NCBI GenBank assembly: GCA_030167865.1
Contig: JALAGF010003140.1
Span: forward strand, 1 to 60,407
Reading direction: 5' to 3'
DNA length: 60,407 nt
Origin: Craspedostauros australis
Taxonomy: Eukaryota
Positions 25,311 through 38,349 of the stretch are shown here, in pieces; the stretch's first letter is position 1, and the number at the start of each line of letters is the position of its first letter. A program made the translations under genes and the position numbers. Under the pieces are notes generated by a model. That model was given only the letters and a program-made list of their open reading frames with translations. It had not been told where the DNA came from and did no database searches.

Positions 25311-28300
25311 ATGGCATCTTCAGTGAAAATAAAACTGCCGTTGATGGACTTTGTGGTGGTCCTTGGTTGTGGAGTTTGGCTTGGGCATCACCTGCCGGGT
25401 CTGCTATACAAGTCAAACGAATTGCACAGAGCCTCGAAGTCGACGCGCGCGGACCCCGGTCAAGCGAGGCAGGCATTGATTCGGATTGGCGGGCATTTGC
25501 AATCCATCTATTGTGATATCGTCGTGGTGCTAGGCCGCATCGCGAAGACCACCTTGGAGGCCGCGCCTTTCATTGGACAGGCAACGCCCTTCCTTCCCGC
25601 AATACCATTGACCATGCTGCATCTACACGGCATCATGCATTCTCGGGCACATCTCGGCGACCCTCGTGCCACAACGAACGCGGGCGAGGGTCACAACAGC
25701 CATGGCAAGCCATCACAGTTCAGCAACGATTGGCTCGATGTGACCAATCTTGCAAATGTCGCAGTCGCATTGTTCCTGGTCAGATCCGCTCAGCTGTGGG
25801 CCCGTGGTGCCCAACCGAAAGAAGACGATATCAACAGAAATGGCAATGGAGATGGCGACGGCGATGAATTCAATAACGAAGGACTGCATCAGAACACGAA
25901 AAGCGCGCGTGCCACCATCAATCAACGCACCCATGCAAACTTGGATGAAAGGCCATTGCCGAACAACCGAGAAATCCAAAATCAAGACAGCTCTGCCGCA
26001 AAAGCCACAACGAAAGAAGTGGAAGCTCAGAGACACTGCGAGGTGCTGGTGCACAATATTTCGCACACAGATCTCATCCTCAGCCTTCAACCGCCCAGTG
26101 CTGCAAGTCCGAATCCCATGCCCAACACGACAAACGCACCGAACGAAAGTGACGAATACTGCCTATGCAGGCCACGCTTCTCTGCGTTCGCCAGCTACTC
26201 CAAGCGAGTTTTGCATGCGCTTGTCGAATCAAGACCCTCATCAAACCTGTTGCCATCACTACCAGCAGCTTCGGCGAAGCTGGTTGGCGAGGCATGTCTG
26301 CAAGACCAATTGATCCGCTTTCCTTGCCACGATAGATCTGATGATATGCCCAGATACGACATCAACCCAGAGCCATCCCAATACATTCAGAAGCTCCCGA
26401 TTGGTTTCCATCTCGCACCAAGCGCAGCACGGCCTGGCAGCAATCAACTCCTCAACGTCTCTTCGCAGGATATGACCGACCTGCGAGTTCGAGGTCGTGA
26501 CTCATCGAAGATATATGGATGGGCCAAGGCTACTTGTGGGGACGAATCCGACGCACAATCTACAGACCCACAGCGGCACCTCCACCACGGAACCACAGGA
26601 CTCGAACTGAATGCGGTGTTCTTTCCACTTCTTGCGACTCTGCTACCGCGATGGCATCAGCGGATGATGGCGCAATATCCATTTCTTTCGGCTGTCGACG
26701 CGGACTCGTCACGGCAAACCAAGCGAACAACCCTCGCCAGTTCCGTCAGCACAGGCACGCACAACGATAGCGCCGGCAGTGGTGGCAGTGACGGCAATAA
26801 CGGTGGAGTCAAGGTGCCAACGCTCAGGAAGGTGATCGTGCTAGTTTCAGGTGTTGGCACTCCTCGCAATTGGACCCATTCCATCGACGGCAACTCGACA
26901 CAGACTTGCGCAGAGCTATGCAAGCACTTCATCAACACACTCTACCCAGACGTGACGGTGGTGATGTTGCACTCGACCACAAACGTGTTTCGGTATGACG
27001 ACAATATCAGCTTCGTCCAACAGGAGCTCCTCCCAGCGATCGAAATGTACCGAGATGCGCACGCTCAGAACTTAGCGTACCCCGACGAGACATCAGACGG
27101 CAACATGATCCAAAACAAGTCCGTATCGGCATCAGCATCAACATTACTGTCGTCCTCATTTTCCACGGAATGGAGAAAGTCGTTCCATGTCACCATCAGC
27201 TTTGCAGACGGGACACCGGCACGCAATCATGCCATCCAGGCAGCCTTGCGGCCGTTCAGGCCGGTGTACTTCCATTTCTGGCAGCTCAAGACGTTTTGGC
27301 ATTCCTCTCAGATCGTCCTGGACGACCTCGAGGTTCATTCCTTTGAAGACATGAACACCACGCCTGCCATCGAAACAACCAAGTTGCAAAATGCGATGTT
27401 CCGGGCAGTCACGCAAGAGATCATGCGCTTCCAAAAGGAAATCACAGATCTGCTATCCCAAAAGGACCAGCTGGATCTACTCAAGTTTTGGCTTCGGAAG
27501 ACCCACAAGCCTGTGCTGGCGGTGCTGGCGGTCCAGCTACCAGACTGGGAAAGACCCAAGTTGTATCGAGGAACGAACATGGAGGTAAGCATGCCCACGG
27601 GATCGCTTTGCGCTGAGCGCAACGTGATTGGGACGGCGCTGGCGGCGAATCCCGGCCTCCGAAGGCAGGACTTGAAGTGCATTTCTGTGCTCGCCGTGTG
27701 CATCCCGCAGCCGTCCATTCCCCTCAGCATGCAGGCCATGCAGTCCAGCGTGAACCAGAATCAACCCACCGACGACGGAGGTTCTGGCACCGGAGCATCG
27801 CCATTCCTTCACATCAGCCGGACCAACAGCGCTGCCAGCATCCTTGACATGACAGACCAAGACATCCCCTTCACCTCATTCGTGGCACCCAAGGGTGTGC
27901 CAACCGGTTCCAATGCAACCCCACGGTTTCGCACCAGGCAAGATTCCATTAGCGAACACAGCGCCCTACCTGATGGAACGGATGAAGACTGGATCCTCCA
28001 TCCAACCGAAAAGCTAATGCCGATCAGTGCGCATTCACCGTCACAAGATCTCCGTGGCGATGCCCGTGCAAATATTCCTTTCGCGGGACACTTCGCGTCG
28101 GCGAAAGATGATGCAATCGACACACCTATGGCACAAGCAGCGCCTGCCAGACAAGTGGCCCTGTATGAAGCCGTTCATGATAGATCTTCTGAATCCCGCA
28201 GACACTCGCATTCGCGCTCATCTGCAGCTGCTGGGAGTCACCGCGGTAACGGCAACAGCAACAGCAACGTGGACACTGCGAAGGACATCACATGTGATCA

Positions 28301-28547
28301 TGCGGATGTGGTGCCGAACCCCAGCGTTTCGCAGATCGACGGCGCAGCGCAACCGGGAGCCATCCCGCGCCGCAAGGTGAAGCGCACCGTCGTAATTCAT
28401 GCAGAGAACGACATCAATCCGCTCAAGCCATGTGGTTCCTGCAACGAGTGGCTCAAAAAGATTGCCGAGTCCAACCCATACTTCCGCATCTTGACCTACA
28501 CCGACAAGGATTGCAACGGCGTGTACTGCAAGCCATGTGAAGAGTGA
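25311..28547 (+). CDS. CDD/CDA-like cytidine deaminase domain protein with upstream Rossmann-like domain (LmjF36.5940-like family), ~1078 aa, single exon
   Basis: LYRGTNMEVSMPTGSLCAERNVIG (C-A-E at 27609-27617) and NPLKPCGSCNEWLKKI (PCxxC at 28428-28442). Upstream alpha/beta block KVIVLVSGVGTP...VTISFADGTPAR. First in-frame ATG at 25311. Confidence 0.82.
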   Translation: MASSVKIKLPLMDFVVVLGCGVWLGHHLPGLLYKSNELHRASKSTRADPGQARQALIRIGGHLQSIYCDIVVVLGRIAKTTLEAAPFIGQATPFLPAIPLTMLHLHGIMHSRAHLGDPRATTNAGEGHNSHGKPSQFSNDWLDVTNLANVAVALFLVRSAQLWARGAQPKEDDINRNGNGDGDGDEFNNEGLHQNTKSARATINQRTHANLDERPLPNNREIQNQDSSAAKATTKEVEAQRHCEVLVHNISHTDLILSLQPPSAASPNPMPNTTNAPNESDEYCLCRPRFSAFASYSKRVLHALVESRPSSNLLPSLPAASAKLVGEACLQDQLIRFPCHDRSDDMPRYDINPEPSQYIQKLPIGFHLAPSAARPGSNQLLNVSSQDMTDLRVRGRDSSKIYGWAKATCGDESDAQSTDPQRHLHHGTTGLELNAVFFPLLATLLPRWHQRMMAQYPFLSAVDADSSRQTKRTTLASSVSTGTHNDSAGSGGSDGNNGGVKVPTLRKVIVLVSGVGTPRNWTHSIDGNSTQTCAELCKHFINTLYPDVTVVMLHSTTNVFRYDDNISFVQQELLPAIEMYRDAHAQNLAYPDETSDGNMIQNKSVSASASTLLSSSFSTEWRKSFHVTISFADGTPARNHAIQAALRPFRPVYFHFWQLKTFWHSSQIVLDDLEVHSFEDMNTTPAIETTKLQNAMFRAVTQEIMRFQKEITDLLSQKDQLDLLKFWLRKTHKPVLAVLAVQLPDWERPKLYRGTNMEVSMPTGSLCAERNVIGTALAANPGLRRQDLKCISVLAVCIPQPSIPLSMQAMQSSVNQNQPTDDGGSGTGASPFLHISRTNSAASILDMTDQDIPFTSFVAPKGVPTGSNATPRFRTRQDSISEHSALPDGTDEDWILHPTEKLMPISAHSPSQDLRGDARANIPFAGHFASAKDDAIDTPMAQAAPARQVALYEAVHDRSSESRRHSHSRSSAAAGSHRGNGNSNSNVDTAKDITCDHADVVPNPSVSQIDGAAQPGAIPRRKVKRTVVIHAENDINPLKPCGSCNEWLKKIAESNPYFRILTYTDKDCNGVYCKPCEE

Positions 28548-28778
28548 TCGAGATCATCGGTCCTGGCGATGCAAGCAGCGACAACCGCATAGACACTCAC
28601 AGCTCGTGCCACGCCTACATACGAGAAGGTGCACGACCGACACGCACCTGCAAGTGCGAGTGATCACACCAGTACGAGTATGCTGGAAGTGTATGGTACG
28701 AGGATAGTGCGAGTATGCTAGATGATGGGATGATAACCTTCGACAGTAAACTATTGCGAGAAGTATATGTGCGTATTC

Positions 28779-30257
<1,479 letters not shown>

Positions 30258-30846
30258 TCAGTTGCTGTTGGCCCCGTTGCTCGTTTTCCGAGCGGACAGT
30301 TTGGAGCGTGTTGGTTGTGTGGTTTGTGTGTGACACGAAGCGATGGCTGCGCTGGGCTGGATCGCGTTTGAGGATCTTCTGGGTGGAGACGACGCAAGAG
30401 AACAGGGACACCCATCACCGAACGATCCAGAAGGGAAGCGGTGGTGGTTGATGTCATGTCTATGCCTCCGTAAAATACAAGATGAAACAATTGTTTTGTT
30501 CCAGCCCCAATCCCCACACGCATCCTCGTTATTCCAAGTGAAGAAAGTTTGGGTTGTTTCTTCTTTCTCTATTTTACAAAGGAGGTAGGTATTTCCTGCA
30601 ATCCGGCCAACGTGCAGACGGGGAACTTCTCGACAGCCACCGAATTCGCCTTTGGATCACGAGAACGACAAACGGCGGAAACGGAACAACACGAGACGCT
30701 GCGACGGTGGTGTTTGTCGCGAGCATCAGCGACTCCTGTTGGAATACTCGTAGTCGTAGTCGTAGTCGCCGAAGCGCCGCACCATGCGCTTGGCACAATC
30801 CGCGAAAGCCACAAAGCGAGATGATCAAGATACAAGCACAGGCGCG

Positions 30847-31167
30847 ATGAAGATCAACACAGGATGGGACCGATGGATGCACCTCGCGATCCTCATCTTC
30901 TTCACGGCGGTTGGTGGTTGGTTGCTGATCCATTTCTGTGATTGGGCTCCGCTCGCTGCGGTCGGGTTATCGTGCACCGTCACCTGCCAGGTGAACAACG
31001 TCGTACAGCAATTGCGGCAGCCAGACAGCGAGTTGTCAAAGACCTTGCAAAACTACGGTCTTGGTCCCAACGGCTCAGCTTCCGACACGGCCTCTACCGA
31101 TACTCCTGCCAAAGACCGCAGCGCAGCCACCAACGGTAAAAAGAAAGGATCGAAGAAGCAACGATGA
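30847..31167 (+). CDS. Small putative membrane protein (~106 aa), unknown function
   Basis: Hydrophobic HLAILIFFTAVGGWLLIHF and LAAVGLSC segments, Lys-rich tail KKKGSKKQR; divergent from RUVBL2. No family recognised. Confidence 0.55.
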   Translation: MKINTGWDRWMHLAILIFFTAVGGWLLIHFCDWAPLAAVGLSCTVTCQVNNVVQQLRQPDSELSKTLQNYGLGPNGSASDTASTDTPAKDRSAATNGKKKGSKKQR

Positions 31168-33111
31168 CCTTCTGACGCAATACTCGCCGCATCACTTGTC
31201 AGGAGAGGACAAGCAGGAAGACACTGTTGCGCGGTCCTGCTTTGTTCCTGCGGACCCTTCTAACTCGTACGATTCAAAGAATTGGTCCGATCCTGCCACT
31301 TGGCTGACCGACTATCTCGGCATCGAGATCAGAGGCAAAAGCAACGGCAGAGCAGCCGAAAGAAAGCCAAGTGGGCATCATCTTCATCCCTTGGTATTAT
31401 ACCGACACTGGTTTCAACGGTAAGTTCAACTTCGCGGCCATCCCACGTCATGGCAAAGCCACGCCGTTTCCATGCTGTTCTCGCCCGATGAGGAAAAACA
31501 TAATTCACACACCATCTTTCGTCCGAATTTGGAGCTTCACCGGCTTCTTGAGAGACAGAGTTTATATTCCAACAAAATCTGAGGGTACGAAGAGTAGAGC
31601 AGAAAAGAAACGAGCATGGTGCACTCCAAATGGTACTTCATCCGACCGCCAATGCCAGGATCTCGCACCGTGATGTTGGTGTCTGCACATGCACACTCAC
31701 TCACTCACTCATTGACTCACTCACAGACGAGGATGATCAAATGCAATCATCATCAAATATCCACATGCCAGAATGGTGCCCTTTCCATCGATCACTCGTA
31801 CATTTCGACCGTCTTCTCCTTCCATGGTCGGGTCACAGTCTGTAAACTATCAGTCCGTCTCACAAGTGGATCACATGAAGCCCAGTTTTTATTTGACTTG
31901 GCTCGAGACGTACATACACGCCGCACGAGCAAAGCGTAGCAGTCAGTGCTCCAACCACCTTGGCATGGCATCTCGCGTGCTTTACACCAAACCATAATCT
32001 CTGCATTGGATGACACGGAACTGATTGCACATAGCAACGGCCACGACTCGTCAAACCTGACGTTGTATTCATGCGAGCTTCGAAATTGAACGGTGGCACG
32101 AGTACACCCTGCGACGATAATCACACGGCGCAAATCAAAGCTTCCAAATCGAACAAAACGAGAGAGATGGCACGATTCGGAAGAAGAATCAGACGAGCTG
32201 GGCTGCTGCATGGTGCTCGCACGCACGAGTACTCTTGGGATACTCGGAGGAGAGGCACAATGTGGACGGGCTCGATGATGCATGGATACGCAATTGCCCC
32301 TGCCCAGTGACGGAGCAACAGTCTTGACATGATTGGTAGATGCGTGATATGATATTATAATACAATAGACACGAGTACGGATACTCTCTCCTCCACTCAT
32401 GGACATCGTTTGCAGGAAAGTTGCACTCGATAGCAGACAAACATACTTGTGCTTCTTGTTGCATTCCAACGTGCAAGCCTGCGCGCCTGTGCTGGGTCTC
32501 ATAGTCGCCGTGCGTTTGATCTCGGCCGTTGAGTTGTGCTGTGCGCCAAGTCTCTTCTTTTCGATCTTGCTTCGTAATTCCCGCGGTACTGAGACATCAC
32601 GAAGAACGCAAATCCTCACCTTCGCTCGCGTGATCAAGTTGGATCCTTTTTCGGCGTGTTCATCGTTTTGGTGTTGTCCTGTTCTTGTTTCGCCTTTGGT
32701 TTGGCTTCCTTGGGTCGTCTGCTGACCGTTGCGCGCGAAACGGATCACCGCCACCAGTTGGTTCGTCGTTGTGTTCCCTTGTTCTGTGTGTGTGCAAATA
32801 CTCGTGCGATGCGCTTGGCGTCAACCTTGCTTCTTGGCTTCGCAACATTTCCTCCTCTCGCCTCACAATAGTACTCTATTGGTTTGTGTGGCATGTAACA
32901 TCAATCGTAATCGTGCCCACACTCGTACTCCTCAATGACACAAACCCACATAAAATAGATGCAAACGCAGAGAAACAAAACGAATCTCCTTCGCACTCTT
33001 CACCTCCTACGGCCCCGCTGAGCCACCTTCCTTCCTTCCTTCCTTCCACAGCAACAACAACAGCAAGCCACAACCAACCACCTCAACCGCCAAGCGCCGA
33101 CATCAAAGACC

Positions 33112-34868
33112 ATGGGCAACTCAGAATCCACACCGCCCGAGCCGGTGATCATCAACCAAGATGACAAGTACCAATGGCCCACGAACTTGTACATCGAGAT
33201 GCGAGACATGTCTGCGCTCGCGTTCCTCATTTACGCATTCGGGTATGCGAGCGACGTGGTGCGTCGCGTGCAACAAAGCAAGATCGCCGACGTCACGGAA
33301 GTCGCCGGGTTGCATTGGGATCCAACCACGAAGAAGTTCGAAAAGGACACTGAAGATACTGTGGCGCTGCCACGCAGCTTCACGCCGCAGGAGGTCCTGG
33401 ATATGTTGGCAGCGAATCGCGAACTGTTGCGGAAGGAGTTCCCTGATCAGTTCGGGGATACCAAGCAGTACGCCATCATGGAACGAAATTTGAAGCTGCT
33501 GCAAGGTACGTGTATCCTCATGGGAATTGGAAGAAACTGCACCCAAGATGGCCGGCACGGTGTACCATGGCATGGCATGCGGTGCCATCCAGCTTGCCTT
33601 GAGCCCATGCAATCCAACCCAAAAGCAATCATTCTATAACGGAATTCTCGCATCTTGATGACGAAGCTTGCTGCGAAGCTGCCGACTGGAATCTTCTTTT
33701 GTCTGTTTGGCTCGCAGCAAACGTGCGGATCTCTGCTACTATCCCACAAGACGAGGCTTCGTAGTTTGTAGAGCCACATCACAGCATATACTTTCAAATC
33801 ATGGATCGCTCTCACCATTTCCTTGTTTGCCATCTAAACTTTGCGTGCGCACTCCCCATTTCCCTCCACCCTTCAATCCTGCAACCTCTCAATCATGGGT
33901 AAATTCACGCACGCCAATGAGCAGAACGCGTCGACTTGTTCAAGGAACAGCATGGAGATGCCATCCCGCGCCCCTTGACGTTGGAGGAGTACGACGACCG
34001 CCATCAGAAGCATGAGCTGGTGTATGGAATCACCAGAGACGACATCAACAAGCGCATCACGGTTGTCTTTCGCGGCACTGACAACGAGCTCAGCTTCGGA
34101 ACGAATTGGACCACCAACATGCACGTCATGAAGCGAAAGGTGTCGACGAAGTCCAATTCGTCAAAGATCGCCAGTCACACCCTCTCGGGGGAAGTTCAAA
34201 AGGCCGCGCCGGGCGGTCTGTGGTTTCACAGAGGATTCTACAACTACCTATTCCAACCGACCATGGATGAAGGTGACGGCGAGGCATGGAGAAAGTACGA
34301 TGAGATCCTGCAGGACCTTCTCGTTGTGTTCCGCCAATGCAAGGAGAGTGGCCTGGAAGAACCTTCCAACCCTTACAAGATATACGTGACAGGCCACAGC
34401 CTCGGGGCCGCCTTGTCGACGATGTTCAGCTTCTTCTTGGCAAATGAGCCTGATGACACCGTTCCGAAACCAATCACGTGCATCCACTTCGCTTCGCCAC
34501 GAATCGGAGATTCCAAGGTCCGCGACGCGACCCACGCCCTGGAGCAAAACGGAAAGCTCAGAATCCTGCGTGTTTGGAACGACAAGGACACCGTCGCGGT
34601 AATACCCGTCACGAACTACTACCATGTCGGCGTCCAGCTGCGACTCTTCCGGTCGCCCACCAAGAACACCGAAATTGTGTATCCATCGCCGTCGGAATCT
34701 TGGGGTTCCTCGATGGATCGGGTCTTCACGAACTCCTTGCTCACAAGCTTCAACGTCAGGTACGATCATTCCGATTATCGCGAACGCATCGAATCGCACA
34801 AGGACTTCCTCATGACAAAGGATCTGCGCGCATTGTACAAGGACAACGACTTTATGGGATTCAAATAG
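33112..34868 (+). CDS. Class 3 lipase (~445 aa), exons 33112-33505 and 33925-34868
   Basis: ITVVFRGT, FHRGFY, YVTGHSLGAALS, FASPRIGD, DTVAVIP and YYHVG. Intron CAAG|GTACGT...GAGCAG|AA restores frame. MGNSES fits an N-myristoylation consensus. Confidence 0.92.
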
Positions 34869-35243
34869 AGCAGGCAAGCAGCCCGATGCGGTGCGGATGT
34901 ATGCTGAATCCTGAGCAGCGTCGAAGTTGCCTAGTCACAGCCGTACAGTCGTACTTGTACGTAGTTTGGAGAAGGTCACAAGTAGATGTAGAGACCAGGC
35001 GGTCCCTTGGGCATTCTTCTTGTAGGTTTGCAGAACAGGGAGGGAGGGGTTGCCGTGTGAATATTCGGTGCGGATATCCAGTACAACATCCGTCGTAACG
35101 ATACAATACTCGTATGTACATGTAATACATTCCAGTGCACAGCCAAGGCATTTGGTTGGTTAGTTTGTCAATCACTGACGTAGACTACCAGCAATAGTTG
35201 TGCTCCAGGGGAGTGATATATGTGTGCGTGGGGTTGCCTGCCT

Positions 35244-37338
35244 TCAGATCATACTTTTGACCTTGGCTGCGATCTGCTTCTCCCACTCTATATATCCAGC
35301 ATGCGTGGGACGGCCTCTGAATGTGATCAGGTTGCGCCTGAGGGTCCAGGTCCCCTTCTCATCATCTTTCGCGGCAAAAATATCCGTCGCATCGAAGAAC
35401 TCCACGTTCGTGGTCAGGTCGCAAAATTTCTTGAGTTCCTCGTTGATTGCTGTGATGGAGGTCCACAATGGGATTTGGCGTTCATGTCTCAAAGCGCCAT
35501 TTTTGTACTTCCTAAACTCGTGCTTGTCGTCTTTCACAACGGCATTTCCCTTCTTGTCCGTCCGGATGCCTCTATCCTCCTTCTTGCCCCATCCGAATAC
35601 TTTCATTTGGCGATGCATCGCGGCAGAATGCAGCGAAACAATGCCATCCTGCATTTCATGCATGTACTCGTCGTACTCGTACTCGTACTCGTGGTCATAC
35701 TCGTCGTAGCCAATAAGCGGCGCGTCGTTGCCATCCGTCGCTTGTTCCGACTGGTGTGTGCGTAGCGACAAACCGATGGATCTCATGTTGCGCCGACCTG
35801 AGCCGAGCGCTCCAAGCCGTTCCTTGTTCTTGCCTCCCTTTTGTGGGACTTTGAGCGATTGCTTGTAATCCATTTCGGTTGGCCTTGGTCCACGCCGGAA
35901 CTCGGCCATGGGCAGCAGACTGTTGATGACGATCTTGGCATCTGGCTTTTTGTTCATGATCTCTTCCACGATGCGAAGGATGCCCAAGACGACGACCTCC
36001 TCGCTGCATTGCATTCTGCCAAGGTCATTCAACCCAAGCTGCAGCCACCAGACCTTAGGGTTGAAGAATTGTGTGAGCAATCCATTTTGCAATCTCCACA
36101 ACACGGATGGGTTCTGTGGGTTGCGTTTTGGTGTGAAGCGCAGTGCAATGCAATGCAGCGAAGTCCATGGGAGCATTCGAAGACATGGGAGCATCCGTGA
36201 GCATCCGCGTGGAAGTGCGAGAGAGTTTCGATTGCAATTCATCGTGCCCGATCGGGTCGATCGTTCGTGTTGCCAGTCAAAGAACGAAAGCAACAATTTT
36301 ATGTGAGTGTTAGAGCGTTGGTATCGCGATGAGATGAGCCGCGCAAGGTTGAAGTCACGCGAAGACATGCGAGAAGTGCGGTAGCCCGATTAATGATCCT
36401 GCCGCGCCGCAGGGCCCTCCATCTCATCAATTTTCCCCTGATTGCAGTATCTGCATCACGGTTTGGTGTCAGCCATCATACTCAGCGTCAACCTGACCTT
36501 CGTGCAGTACATATGACGTCGGTCATCGCATCGTCATCACATCGTCATCACGACGCAACGCAATGCACAATTGACACAACACCTTTCACATCTCTGTTGC
36601 ACTCACAGTGTCACCAGCAACACCCAGCGGAATGCCTTGCACCTCACCACCATTGGCTTTGTCGAAGGTTTTCTGGAAGGTCTTGCTGAACATGTTGGGA
36701 CCTGATTCGCCATCGGCGTCATTGAACTTCTTCCCCATCCATGTTCCACCCATCTCCTCGATGACAGACTCGCCGACCAACGCCACATCCATGGATAGAT
36801 GGTTCTCGATGGATTGCTTGACGCGCAGCTTGTTGGCTTTCTGCGCAACCATCCACGGGCGGAAATCCGGCCTCGACACCGGCTGCAACGGATCTTCGCA
36901 TCGGCACGACGAATCATCGCCCAGGATGCACCAATGGTTGACCTTGGCCAGGGCCTGATCGTACTTCGACGACATGGCGAAGTCGCTGAATTCATCCGTG
37001 ATGAGGCCGATCTCCACGGTTGGATTGATGAGCGCGAGGATGATGAAGTAGAGCGGAACGACGATCCCCAGGCAGGCCATCAGGCAGCAGAGCTTGGGTG
37101 CGTACTCGCATGCGTAGGAGCAGTAGAAGCAGATCAACGAAACGACGGATTGCAAGCTGCTGCTGCTGCGCGTCTTTCGCACGGGGACGTCGAGCTTGCC
37201 GTCCGACAGCTTCTCGAGATTCAACGGTGCCATTTGGCTGGCGGTGTTCGCCGGCGAACCATCCTCGCCACCTTTCAGCAGGTCCTTCAGATCATCGTCG
37301 TGGTTGACTCCTGAAGTCTTGGCGGGAACAGATGCCAT
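35244..37338 (-). CDS. Membrane-anchored SGNH/GDSL hydrolase-like protein (PAF-acetylhydrolase Ib-like), ~533 aa; exons 37338-36607 and 36113-35244
   Basis: Block I VALVGESVIE, block II GVAGDT-NPSVLWRL (joined across ACT|GTGAGT...CACAG|AAC), block III LGLNDL. N-terminal TM LCCLMACLGIVVPLYFIILALI. Confidence 0.85.
35664..35706 (-). repeat. Coding (TACGAG)n-derived repeat encoding YDEYDHEYEYEYDEY
   Basis: Tandem GTACTC units on the + strand inside exon 2 of the SGNH-like gene. Confidence 0.8.
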
Positions 37339-38349
37339 GGTTCCTGCTTGGGTCGTTTCCGTACCCTGATCCGTATCTTATTGGTCTACTGCTATGTGCG
37401 AGTATCAGTGCGCTGCAATCGTACTCGTGCTCGTATGGTATGTACGTGTGTGTACGTGTGTATGAGAAGAATTGAGGGGAGTTGTTGTGAAGCAACGCCG
37501 AAGGCGACGGGTGGCAATTCAACGTAAATCAACTCGTCTGGACTTTCGCTCTTTCATTCCTTGCCGCGCATGCGGTGTTGATGAGGTATTTGTACGGCGC
37601 GAAGTCGAAATGGCAGTGAAGCGAGATGTGACGATGACGCGACAAGAGAGTACCAAATAAGTATCGGCTTGTGTTGCCTTCGGGTGGAGGTTCGACGAGG
37701 AGTGAAATGCGCACGAAGGATTCAAGGAAGGGAGGATGATGACACTCCGCGCACATGCGATGCGTCCAGCTCTCCATCTATCTCTCTCTGCCCTCTTTTT
37801 CGTGTGGTCGTGTGCGATTTGAAATTCGGAAAGACCAACTGGTCATTTCTCCAACATCGCAACGCAGTGTTGGTCCAATCAATCGGCCGCGACAGACCAA
37901 ATGTCCAAAGAACGGACATCTGTGGCAGTTTCGAATTCTGAATGTGCTCGTATGAATCCATTTGACAACATCGACCGGACTTTTGGCGATCGATTGGGTC
38001 GGCTGTTTTTTGCCACTTCGCGCCATTTTTTTGCGTGGTGTGCGAACGCAACAAGAATTTCGTGTTGTCTTGTGTTGCGTTGCGTGCGGCAATGTTCGAA
38101 CACACGACAACGCTTGAAACGCTCTGTGTTGTCGTGTTGCGTGGGGCTCTCAGGTTCATTTCCTGCGTTGCCTCAAACAACGAAAAACACTTTCGTTGAG
38201 ACATTCCACAAGGAACCTACAGCGAGATTTCATCATCGCCTGATCGACACTCCCATTCCACACTCTCCACGCAGCAGACTCGCTTCCAGCAGTCCACACA
38301 TTCCCCACACGCAATTGAATACTAGCTGAGTACTTTGGCCAAGTTCACG

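Noticed and set aside
31792-32754. 320-aa minus-strand ORF
   Set aside because: GTG start, no motifs, overlaps the likely lipase upstream region.
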